This document shows, one piece after another, positions 11,757 to 21,872 of a DNA stretch of 64,000 bases. This DNA comes from Malacoraja senta (taxonomy: Eukaryota). The notes under the pieces are model-generated. The model saw only the letters and a program-made list of their open reading frames with translations. It did not search any database and was not told the DNA's origin. Position 1 is the stretch's first letter; the number at the start of each line of letters is the position of its first letter. The translations under genes were made by a program, and so were the position numbers. Location of the stretch: the NCBI GenBank assembly GCA_038087875.1, contig CM075985.1, forward strand, positions 25,048,001 through 25,112,000, given 5' to 3'.

Positions 11757-13131
11757 GTGTTTAAAGAAAGGGAAGGTATGTTAGATATAGTGCAACAGCC
11801 AGAGTATTTCTGTGAGCCGCAACCTAGACAGATTACACGAGTAGTAAGAAAGAGGAACGATTTATTTGGACAGTATCGGGAAACCCCTAGCGAGCGGGAA
11901 GATTCATCTGAGGGTGAGACAGTGATTGAAGATACTGAGATCGATTTTGATGTAACCGAAAGTTTACAAATTAAACAGATATCCCATAGGCAGTTCCCAG
12001 TAAGGGAAGGGCTGGGTACAGTGGATTCGACTAGCGCAGTAAGTATGAATATTCACCGTGCCACATACGTCCATACTCCATGGAATCCCAATAAAATAAT
12101 GGCAGTACTAAACAGAATCCCTGATAGGAAGAAGTCACCTGCTGCTCTTATAGATTATTTAAGAACCACAATGCGTGCATATCATGCAGATTCCCGGGAT
12201 TTGTGGGAGACCATACAACAGATAATTACTACAGCTGAAAATACCAAATTTCTAATAGCCCTAGGACACCCAACTTATGAAGCCTTGGCAAACGTAGTAG
12301 TGGATGACAGTGCAAGAGAAGAGGCTGTTTTAACGGCCCTTGCAAAAACGTTTCAGAAAACAAGTGATTTAAAACAAATTCTGGAAATAAAACCAGAAAA
12401 GGGTGAAGCAGCAGATGAATTTTTAGACTGTTTTTCAAAATTATATATGGACCAATCAGGTGACTAAGACTATCCAGAATGGAGCAAGTTCCCCACAGTA
12501 TTGTGCTATCTTATTGAATTGTCTCCCCACTAAAATAGCAGACTCAATTAAGACTGATAACAGGGACTGGTCTGAGAACCGAGCCAGTCAAATGGCCAGA
12601 GCTGTGAGGCACTATTGGAAGGAGGGTAGGAAACAGGAAAATTATCTTGTAAGTAGAAGAGAAAGTGAATGTATAGCCAAGAAAGAAGTGCCAAAATGTG
12701 ACTCTGAGCTATGAACCCCTAGAGTACCAGCAAATTACGGATTGGGAGAAATTAGGGTTCCAGATTACTCAGATTATTATTACAATTACACTACCAATTT
12801 AGAACCCATTCCAATGGAACTAAGGGGTAGAATAAAGGCAACCATATTGCCTAATCAATGCTACACTTGTGGGGGAATGGGACACTGGAATCGAGCCTGT
12901 CCAACAAAGGAGAGTGTGAGAGAGAGGGGTCAAAGAAGGGATTTCCAGGATTATGAAGAAATTAGAGATCCTAGAGAATATAGAAATATCCGAGATCTCA
13001 GGAATTATGGGAGGTCCTTCAATTTAAGAGACTACTGGGACCCGAGAGAACAGAGAGAGAGATGGCTCGAATGTCAGGAACCAAGAGATCACGCACCGTT
13101 CACTCAAGCCAATCCATTTTCTCAGTCCTGA
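11757..13131 (+). pseudogene. gag: ERV2 gag (disrupted)
   Basis: YVHTPWNP...P capsid start, MHR-like KPEKGEAADEFL and CYTCGGMGHWNRAC knuckle across ORFs 11757..12467, 12460..12714 and 12742..13131. Confidence 0.85.
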
Positions 13132-15261
13132 CTTACCAATCTGTCTAGGAATTGTGAACGTGGAGACATGACTCCTACTCTAGACCCCCCTCAAGTAATT
13201 TACCAGAATGAATGAATTGGATGTACTATCATAGTAAAAACTGAATATCACATAAAAGAAAATTGTAAACAATCTTATGACTGCCCAAGAAACCCCCTTG
13301 GAGCAAAGAACATTGTAAATCAAGAAGCTTGTCACATCTGTACACAATTAGGTCATTGGAGCAAAGAGTGCCCAGCGAGACGACAGAATATAGCAGAACA
13401 GAAGAAAAATCAAGGGGTAATAAAGAAAGTAAGGAAAGGAACCCAGTAGCTGGTGTCAGAGGAATGGGAACTAAGGAGAACTGAAATGGCACTAGAGAGA
13501 GAAGAAACAAACTTATTGTGCAGGAGGTATGGGAGTGGGGAAAGGAGCAATTGTACTAACTTGTTACTAAGTTTGTGCCTGCAGGACAGTAAAATCGACA
13601 ACTTACTAGCTGGGGAGTGAGGTAAAGAATATATGGACCCCTTGAGAATGGGCAGAAGACAGCTCAGGTAATATAGCTCCCCAGAAACAGGAACAAGAAG
13701 AAGAAGGAAATGATACTGTCCTGTCCCTTTAAGACACATCTGGGAAGGCCAACAGATAGAGAATACTGCTCCTCAGTATCCCTACTCCTTTGAAACTAAC
13801 ATCGAGGAAGAAGAAGAAGATACCTACCCTAGTGCCCAACTTTAACACCATCTAGCTTTTGACACCAGTGAAGGAAAGGAAAGTAACACTATCCAATCTT
13901 TCATAAAGAAACAACACAGCCAACATATGACGACTATTGGGGCGAGCTCCACTTTAAAGAACTGAATTTGAATTTGAAAATAGACATTCCTCTGTGGTTC
14001 GGGGCAAAATACTCACTTTGCGCCTAAATTTTGTTATAAATAAATTGATTTGAAAAGGGCTTATGGGATATAGTCTTACAAATTGTTAGAGAATTGACTG
14101 TGACTTGGCATTCTTCTCTTCTCTCACCCATAGGAGGATAATTGAATATGGCTTGGGACTATTTAGTTGCTATCAAGAAAGGGACAGACCCTAACGGATA
14201 TCAGGAATTAAGACATACCCTGGAAACGTAAGGTGGTAGAATGAAATGATGAGGTAGACTGAAAATTTATGAGTTCCCCTCAGAAAGTCAATATTAACCA
14301 TCTAGAAATTACTCAGTGGTTAGGAATCTAGTATAAGAGAGAACCCCTATAGACTGAGAGCCGAGCCAACATACTAAGGAAGAAATACTGGAGGAGAAGT
14401 CTATTGAATTAGAAGGAGAAACTTAAATGGGTGTTGAGATATCAGAGTCGATGTATTGGACCGGTGGATCTAAATTGTTTAACCCTTGATAGTAAAGCGG
14501 CTTCTATTATCAAGGTGGAAAGAAATTGTCCCTAGAATTGGCATTCTTAATTGGATTTATGATAAAATTGACAACATATGGAAATTGATTGATTAAATTT
14601 GAACAGCTGGGAATTCCACAGGAATTGGAATAGAATTGTCTTATCGGCCACAATGCTGTGGAATGAGAAGGATGAGATGGACACTGAAATTAAAAATATT
14701 AAATTGAAGGCTGAGCCTGAATTTGGTTGAATTGAAACATTCTTTATGGTTTGTTTTTAAATAAGAGTCACGCCTGAAGGGAAATTTGGACTGAACCCAG
14801 CTGAAATTTATATGAGAAACCATCATCAGATATACATATTATAACATTGTGTGAATACGGAGAGTGCTGATTAGTGTTGATCCTAGGATAGTAAAGAGTA
14901 TATTATAGAACAGAATAGTAATAGGGGTACAGTGATAGAGTAGAATATAATAGAGCAGAATAGTGAAATGGAATAGGGATAGTATTGCAGAATTACAGTG
15001 AATGTATGGGAAAGCATTAGTACATGAGTGGTAACTTGCTTTGTCCCTAGTTTTTCAGGAATTATAGTTATAGGTTCAACTATGGAACGGGATGGAAGAA
15101 TGGGCAACAACACAGATGGAGGGAATTCGCGCCCACGAAAACTCGGGGGGTGAAGACTCATCAGACGGAAATTGTAAAGCTACACCCACGAAAACTCGGG
15201 AAGCTTGACAAGATTCTGGGAAGAAACATCATCGTCTTGTTGTTTTTAATAGATGCAGAAT

Positions 15262-15264
<3 letters not shown>

Positions 15265-15297
<33 letters not shown>
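15265..15297. repeat. (TA)n microsatellite
   Basis: Direct reading. Confidence 0.95.
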
Positions 15298-15302
<5 letters not shown>

Positions 15303-15342
15303 CTGACTATTTGGTTATCATAAATGATGGTTTATCATATAT

Positions 15343-15357
15343 GATAAAAGGAAGGAA
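15343..15357 (+). promoter_or_regulatory. Polypurine tract of ERV2
   Basis: gataaaaggaaggaa directly before the TGT of the 3' LTR. Confidence 0.8.
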
Positions 15358-16082
15358 TGTTAATTCAGGCCAAATTGGAGAGGCCAAGGCACTAAAATTC
15401 AGTAAAGGCTTCTGGGCTGCTAGGCCATTTGGTCAATTTAAATGTGTCTTCTGCAGAAATAGGACAAGCTGCAGAATGGTGCCAGTTTGTCTAGAGCCTA
15501 GATAAGAGCTGCAGGAAGAGAATGGAACATCTGCAGATCCTGACAATTAGGTGCAAATTGCTGGAATGGATTGGATGAATGCAAACCAGACATACATATT
15601 GTACATATTGTTGCAAAGCTTTACTTTGCTAGATGCTGATTAGATTAAGTATTGAGCCTTGTCTGGGTTTCTTGAATATCTAGGCACATGTTGCGATGTT
15701 TGCTTCCTTTCAGAAGCTCCGTTTGAATACATTGTATTAGTCACTGTATTATTGGGTTGGGGAAATGTCTATTATGTACTGGGTTAATCAATATCGGTTA
15801 TTGGACTGTAAAGAGACCTATAAAAGGCCGCTCCCACGAGATCCTGTGTCGATCTTCTGGGAGAACGCTTGGGACTGCGTGACCTTCTGGAGTGTCTCTG
15901 CTTGGACGAGGCTAAAGAGGGATTGGCCAGGCAGATACGAGGATCAAACCCGTGGTGGTTAGGTATAGTAATGGAAACTGTAATTGTGCTTTGTCACAAT
16001 AAAGATTAGTTGTGCAAGTGCTTGACTCCGTGATTTTTGACTGAAACTAGACTTGGGGGAAGTTTAGTAAGAGCTATTTACA
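15358..16082 (+). repeat. 3' LTR of ERV2 (725 bp)
   Basis: TGT...ACA termini, TATAAAA at ~15819 and AATAAA at ~15998. Confidence 0.9.
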
Positions 16083-16240
16083 GATTAATTGGCCTCAGTA
16101 AATTGCCCCAAGTGTGTAGGGAGTGGATCAGAAAGTGGGATTACAAAGAACTTGTGTGTACAGGTGATCGAAGGTTGGCGTGGACTCAGTGAGCCGAAGG
16201 GCCTCTTTCTTTGCCGTACCTCTATACGAAACTAAACTAA
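16083..16240 (+). mobile_element. 3' half of an HE1-like SINE
   Basis: Similar to the reverse complement of part of 37755-37870, with a CR1-like 3' tail and an (ACTAA)n end. Confidence 0.6.
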
Positions 16241-16459
16241 ATCCTGAAATGCATCCAATCTGTGGACACTGATGAAGGCTGTCAAAGTACATTGCAAAAT
16301 ATAGATCTGCTACAAAACTGAGGGAGAGAGGGCAAATGGAAGCAGATGGAATTAAATTTGAGCAAATATGAGGTGTTGCACCTTGGGAGGTCGAATGTAA
16401 GAGGAAAGGATACAGTTACTGGAAAGACCCTTAACAACATTAACATACAGAGGTACCTT

Positions 16460-18150
16460 GTGATCGCAGAAATTAAATTTAAACGTGACTAAAAACGCCT
16501 TCTGCGTCTTCAACAACACGGATCGCAATATCAGGACAAAACAAAAGGTATGTTGTTTATTTAACATCTTATTCTGCTTTTTCGTGTGGTTTCATTTTAA
16601 TCTTATGATGTGAAAATGTTATTTAAGCCCACATCTTGGCCATGCCGTGTCTTGCCTGCCGATATGTGCTTAAATTTATGGCAACGGCAACATTCCAATC
16701 GATCACATTCCAGAAACATCCACTCTCAAGATAATTAAATTCATTCTTTTTTTGCACAATCATGTCATAAGAACATCTAAATCATCTATATTTTGTGTTA
16801 TTGTCTATCCATGATCAATATTTTCATACTAAATATGCAGATGTATTGTCAAAAATAGGCAGAGGTAATTGTGCAGACAATAATGATTTAATTATCTTGA
16901 GAGTGGATGTTTCTGTATTAATTTATGGGAATTAAACATTAAATCCCTTCCATTTGGCATATATGACAGAGATTTAAAAATCATGTTATATTGTGAATTC
17001 TTGTGTGAATGGGATCAGTTTGTTATTTGTTATTTGGATACAGGCTATTTTAAAATTTTAGCCTTTTCTTAAGAAATGGATAGATGTTTAGATCTAGTAA
17101 TTGAATTTAGATTAATTTAATTGATTAGATGAATTGAATTGATTTGATGAAACTGATGAATATGATTTTTTTGTTGGCTATTTACTATTTGATTTTGTGT
17201 TTAACTTTATCATTTCTACCTTTCTTTCTAAAACTGCAAATAATAACTTGTTTCTGTTAATGCTGTTCAGTGGTTTTTTTTCTTTACATTTTAAACAGAT
17301 GTCTCTGAAGAAGAAATGCAAAATTGTCAATCCAAATGCCCAGCAAAAGAGACTGATTTAGACGGCATTCGCAGAGATTATCCGAATTTGGACTACTCCA
17401 AATATGATGATCTACAGGACATTTTTAATGGGAAAGTATTGGGCAGAAAGGCATGTCATGCATGGTTTGAAGACCAAATATTTGTAGTCTACAATGCCAA
17501 AATTGAAAAGTTGATGAAAAACAAGGTGTACAGAGTTGCTTATTGGTTACAATCTGAGGAGTATGATGATGCTACTGGTTATGATATGCCAATGTACCAG
17601 CCAGCAACTGATCTTCTCCATAAAGACTTGTTTTTTTGCTTGAAATTGTAATTTCTTTATCTGTCTCTTATGGACTTACTTCATATAATACAATAACATT
17701 AAAGTTCTGGTCTTGAGAATATCACATTTTTGAATTTTCAAGGCAGTCTGTGTGTTTACTATTTCCGTCACAACGGTCAATTTTGTAATTAGCTACCATT
17801 AGGTAACTAGTATTTATATTCTAGTTATCCAAGGTCATCCAAGTAAAATATTTCATATTTGTTTCAGAATGCTTCAATCTATAATAACTGAAAATTTCAT
17901 TCAGTTCTCTTAATTTTTAAGAAAGTTATAGGCTTTGGACTGTCCTTGATCACAGCTTTTGTGTTAAGTCAATGGAAAAGCAATAGGGAACAGGATGCTA
18001 ATTTCTGAGTATGAAAATGACCATAACTTTTAAATTACTGAATATATGAAAGTGAATTAGGTGTCAAATTAAAGTTATTTTAATGCTTTATCTGATGGTA
18101 TAAATTACAGGCTTGATTTTTAAAATCTCAAAATTTTGTAACATTCCTAC
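16460..18150 (-). mobile_element. DNA-transposon-like repeat (family copy 2, inverted relative to 10535-11543) with an extra ~670 bp coding segment
   Basis: 17779-18150 and ~16920-17108 are reverse-complement homologues of 10535-11085. Left boundary approximate. Confidence 0.7.
17300..17651 (+). CDS. Putative terminal exon encoding a Spindlin/Tudor-like domain inside the DNA transposon
   Basis: Acceptor-like ttttaaacag precedes ORF 17316..17651. Pattern VLGRKACHAW...YNAKI...YRVAYW...MYQPATDLLHKDL resembles Spin/Ssty Tudor repeats by eye. Confidence 0.45.
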
Positions 18151-18154
18151 CCCA

Positions 18155-20260
18155 TCATTGGGACTTTTTTCCTGCATCTAGCTTGTCCAGTCCTGTTATA
18201 ATTTTATATGTTTCTGTAAGATCCCCTCTCTTCCTTCCAAATTCCAGTGAATACAAGCCAACTCTTTCCAATCTTTCCTCATATGACAGTCCCGCCATCT
18301 CAGGGATTAACCTCGTGAACCTACGCTGCAATGCCTCAATAGCAAGGATGTTCTTCCTCAAATTAGGAAATCAAAACTGCACACAATGCTACAGATGTAA
18401 TCTCACCAGGGCCCTGTACAACTACAGAAGGATCTCTTTGCTCCTATACTCAACTCCTCTCATTATGAAAGCCAACATGCCATTAGCTTTCTTCACTGCC
18501 TGCTGTACCTGCATGTGACTGGTGTACATGGTCACCCAGGTCTCGTTGCACTTCCCTTTTTCCTAATCTGACACCGTTGAGATGATAATCTGCCTCCTTG
18601 TTCTAGCAGCCAACCAAAGTGGATAACCTCACATTTATCTACATTATACTGCATCTGCCCACTCACCCAACCTGTCCAACTCACCCTGTAACCTGCTCGC
18701 ATCCTCTTCGCAATTCACACTGCCACCCAGCTTTGTGTCATCTGCAAATTTGCTAGTGTTACTTTTAATCCCATCATCTAAATCATTAATATATGTTGTA
18801 AATAGTTGCAGCCCCAACACCGAGCCTTGCAGCACGCCACTCGCCACTGCCTGCCATTCTGACAGGAACCCGTTTATATCTACTCTCCTTTTCCTGTCTA
18901 CCAACCAATTCTCTATTCATGCCAATATTCTACCCCCAATACCATGTGCTCTAATTTTGCCCACTAATCTCCTGTGTGGGACCTTATCAAAAGTTTTCTG
19001 AAAGTCCAGATATACTACATCCACTGGCTCTCCTTCATCCATTTTACTTTTCACATCAATAAAATCCAGAAATTTAGTCAAGCAGCATTTGCACTTCATA
19101 AATCCATGCTGACTCGGACCAATCCTATTACTGTTATCCAAATGCGCCTTTATTACTTTATTTAACAATTGACACCAGCATCTTCCCCACCACCGATGTC
19201 AGGCTAACTGGTCTATAATTCCCCATTTTCTCTCTCGCTCCTTTCTTGAAAAGTGAGATAACATTAGCTACCCTCCAATCCACAGGAACTGATCCTGAAT
19301 CTATAGAACATTGGAAAATGATCACCAATGCGTCCACGATTTCTAGAGTCACCTCCTTGGATACCCTGGCATGCAGACCATCTGGCCCTGGAATTTATCA
19401 GCCTTCAGTCTACACAATACTATTTCTCGCCTAATGCAAATTTCTTTCAGGTCCTCTGTCTCCATAGTTCAGTGGTTCGTAACCTTTTTGGCATACGTTC
19501 GCACATCTGCGAACAAAATACTGTATGTGGTATGTACCTTTGTTAGGGTCCTAAAAATGGGCTCAACAAATGGATATGTTATTTATGACCCCTTCATGTC
19601 CCCGGGTAAAGCCCCAAATGCCCCCCTCATAGGGGTCCTGACACACAGGTTAAGAACCACTGCCCTAGATCCTCTGTCCTCTAGTACATCTGGGAGGTTG
19701 GTTCTGTCTTCACTAAGGAAGACACAAAGTACCTGTTCAACTCTTCTGCCATTTCCTTGTTCCCCATAATAATTTCATCTGTGTCTGCCGTCAAGGGACC
19801 CACATTTGTCTTTACTAATCTTTTTCTCTTAATATACCTAAAGAAGCTTTTACTATCCTTCTTTATATTCTTGGACAGCTCATCCTCGTAATTCATCTTT
19901 TCACCCCGTATTGTCCTTTTTGTTTCCTTCTGTTGTCCTTTGAAAGTTTCCCAAACCTCTGGCTTCCCGCTACTCTTTGCTTTGTTATGCACCTTTTCTT
20001 TTAGTTTTATTCCATCCCTAACTTCCCTTGTCAGCCACGGTTGACTCTTACTCCCCTTAGAATCTTTCCTCCACTTTGGAATGAAATGATCCTGCATCTT
20101 CTGATTATGCCCAGAAATTCCTGCCATTGCTGTTCCACCGTTACTCCTGCTAGGATCCTTTTCCAGTTGACCTTGGCCAGCTCCTCGCTCATGCCTTCAT
20201 AGGCCCCTTTGTAACACTGACACATCTGATTTAACCTTCTCCCTCTCAAATTGCATTAAC
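18155..20260 (-). mobile_element. CR1 LINE ORF2 fragment (~2.1 kb), decayed
   Basis: Minus ORFs with NYRPVSLTSVVGK, QHGF, YLDFQKTFDKVPH, QGSVLG, FADDTK and QRRFTRLIP. Confidence 0.92.
19470..19662. mobile_element. hAT (Charlie-like) MITE inserted in CR1
   Basis: TIRs CAGTGGTTCGTAACCT / AGGTTAAGAACCACTG. Decayed 8-bp TSD ccatagtt / ccctagat. Confidence 0.85.
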
Positions 20261-20261
20261 T

Positions 20262-20880
20262 GGATGGAGCATTGAGTATAAGAGTTAGGAAGTCAGTTTT
20301 ACAGCAACTTCATAGGACTTTGGTTCGGCCACATTTCCAATACTGTGTAAAGTCATGATCGCTACATTACAGCAAGGATTTGGAGGCTTTGGGAGGGTGC
20401 AGAAGAGGTTAATCAGCAAGTTGCCTAGATTAGAGGTTATTAGTGAAAAAATCAGTGAAAAGCAAGTATATTTCCTACTTTAAACAACCAAGAACTTTAC
20501 GTCCTGTCTTCCAGTCTTCTTGCCGCTTTATAGGACTTTGTTTAGGCTGCATTTGGAATATTGTATGGTTCAGCCAGTGTGCAGCTCTAGTTGTCATGAA
20601 CAGCAAGGATGTGGTAGCTCTGGAGAGGGTTCAACAAGGTTTTACCAGAATACTGCCTGCACTACAGAATATTGGCTACAAGGAGATGTTGGACAAACTT
20701 GGATTGTTTTTTCTGTTGTGTCAGAGACTGAGAGGAGACACGATAGAAGTATATAAAATTATGAGGCACAGATAGGGTAGACAATCAAACCTTTTCCCGA
20801 TGGTGGCAATGTCCAAGACTGGACGGCATAGCTTTAAGTGAAAAGTGGCATAGTTGAAAGGATACAAGGGAAGACGTTTT
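20262..20880 (+). mobile_element. Degraded CR1 3' fragments
   Basis: LYRTLFRLHLEYC, LERVQQGFTRILP and RLRGDTIEVYKIM motifs. Confidence 0.8.
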
Positions 20881-21072
20881 TTTTAAAACAGTGTGTACTA
20901 TTTTATTTACCCTTTTATTGTGAGAGTGGGATTTGAGCAGGAATAAGTAGAGTTAAGAGATGCAAGTTAAGATACATCATTGGAAATATTTGCTGTTGAA
21001 TTAGTTTTTAGCATGGATGTAGCAATCTTATGAAGACCTTGCCAAAGTTGAAATAAGATGAACTGATAGAAC

Positions 21073-21170
21073 ATAGGTACACAAAAATGCTGGAGAAACT
21101 CAGCGGGTGCAGCAGCATCTATGGAGCGAAGGAAATAGGCAACGTTTCGGGCCGAAACCCTTCTTCAGAC
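21073..21170 (-). mobile_element. Penelope-like element terminal fragment with minimal hammerhead ribozyme motif
   Basis: Minus strand gtCTGAAGAagggtttcggcccGAAACgttg has the CUGANGA and GAAAC cores flanking a GGGTT/GGCCC stem. Confidence 0.65.
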
Positions 21171-21284
21171 ATAGGACTGGGCTGCATCAGCTTAAGACAA
21201 CTTTACTACATCTGCCTCCAAAACTATAGAACGTTAACTGTGCTTGCTGATATTCAAGGCATTGGAGCAGTGTAAAGGTTGAAG

Positions 21285-21290
21285 TTTATT
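21285..21290 (-). terminator. Candidate polyadenylation signal of the mucin gene
   Basis: AATAAA on the minus strand ~400 nt downstream of the stop codon at 21686. Confidence 0.5.
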
Positions 21291-21685
21291 TTGGCAATAA
21301 ATGTTTCATTGAGGTTACCACAAGCAGGTTATATTAAAAGTAGTGAATACATGCATTCCACTACTTTGCACACAAGGTGTGTTGATTGTGAATAATTCTG
21401 TATATTTAGTTTTTTCTTGAAAATAAATTAGAACTCTGAACAGAAGAGGGAGAGTTTGGTTATTTGCGAGAAAGTTTTTATTAGTTTGCATCTCTAATAG
21501 TAGAATTATTGATAGATTGCATGCAATAGAAAGGTGCATTCCAAGATGCTACAATTCATTAATAAGAAGGGAAGGGATTGAATAACAGCCTGGTAAGATT
21601 TTAGGCTGGCATCAGGGAGATATTTAAGACCGTATTAAAAAAAATTTAACTAACAAAGCATTTCATGTTATTGAAATTGAAATCT

Positions 21686-21872
21686 CTAGTTCTTGTATAA
21701 CAGGTATTCTTCCTCGTTTTCACATTTTTTGCACATGCAAGACTTGATGTCAGTATAAGCGTACGTTTCAGTATTTCCATCCTCACACTGTAGTTTTGCA
21801 CTCTTTTCTTCTGTCTCCCTTTCTTCACAGCACTGACATAAATGAACCATCCTCTTTGTTTTAGGGTCAAAT
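21686..21872 (-). CDS. Mucin last coding exon, CTCK C-terminal half
   Basis: ttcttccag| then FDPKTKRMVHLCQCCEERETEEKSAKLQCEDGNTETYAYTDIKSCMCKKCENEEEYLLYKN*. Confidence 0.93.

Larger units (their letters stand above)
8701..16082 (+). mobile_element. Endogenous retrovirus 2, tRNA-Pro primed, gag only (no recognisable pol/env)
   Basis: LTR pair ~8701-9352 and 15358-16082, PBS-Pro, PPT and a decayed gag with capsid/MHR-like and CCHC motifs. Confidence 0.88.
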
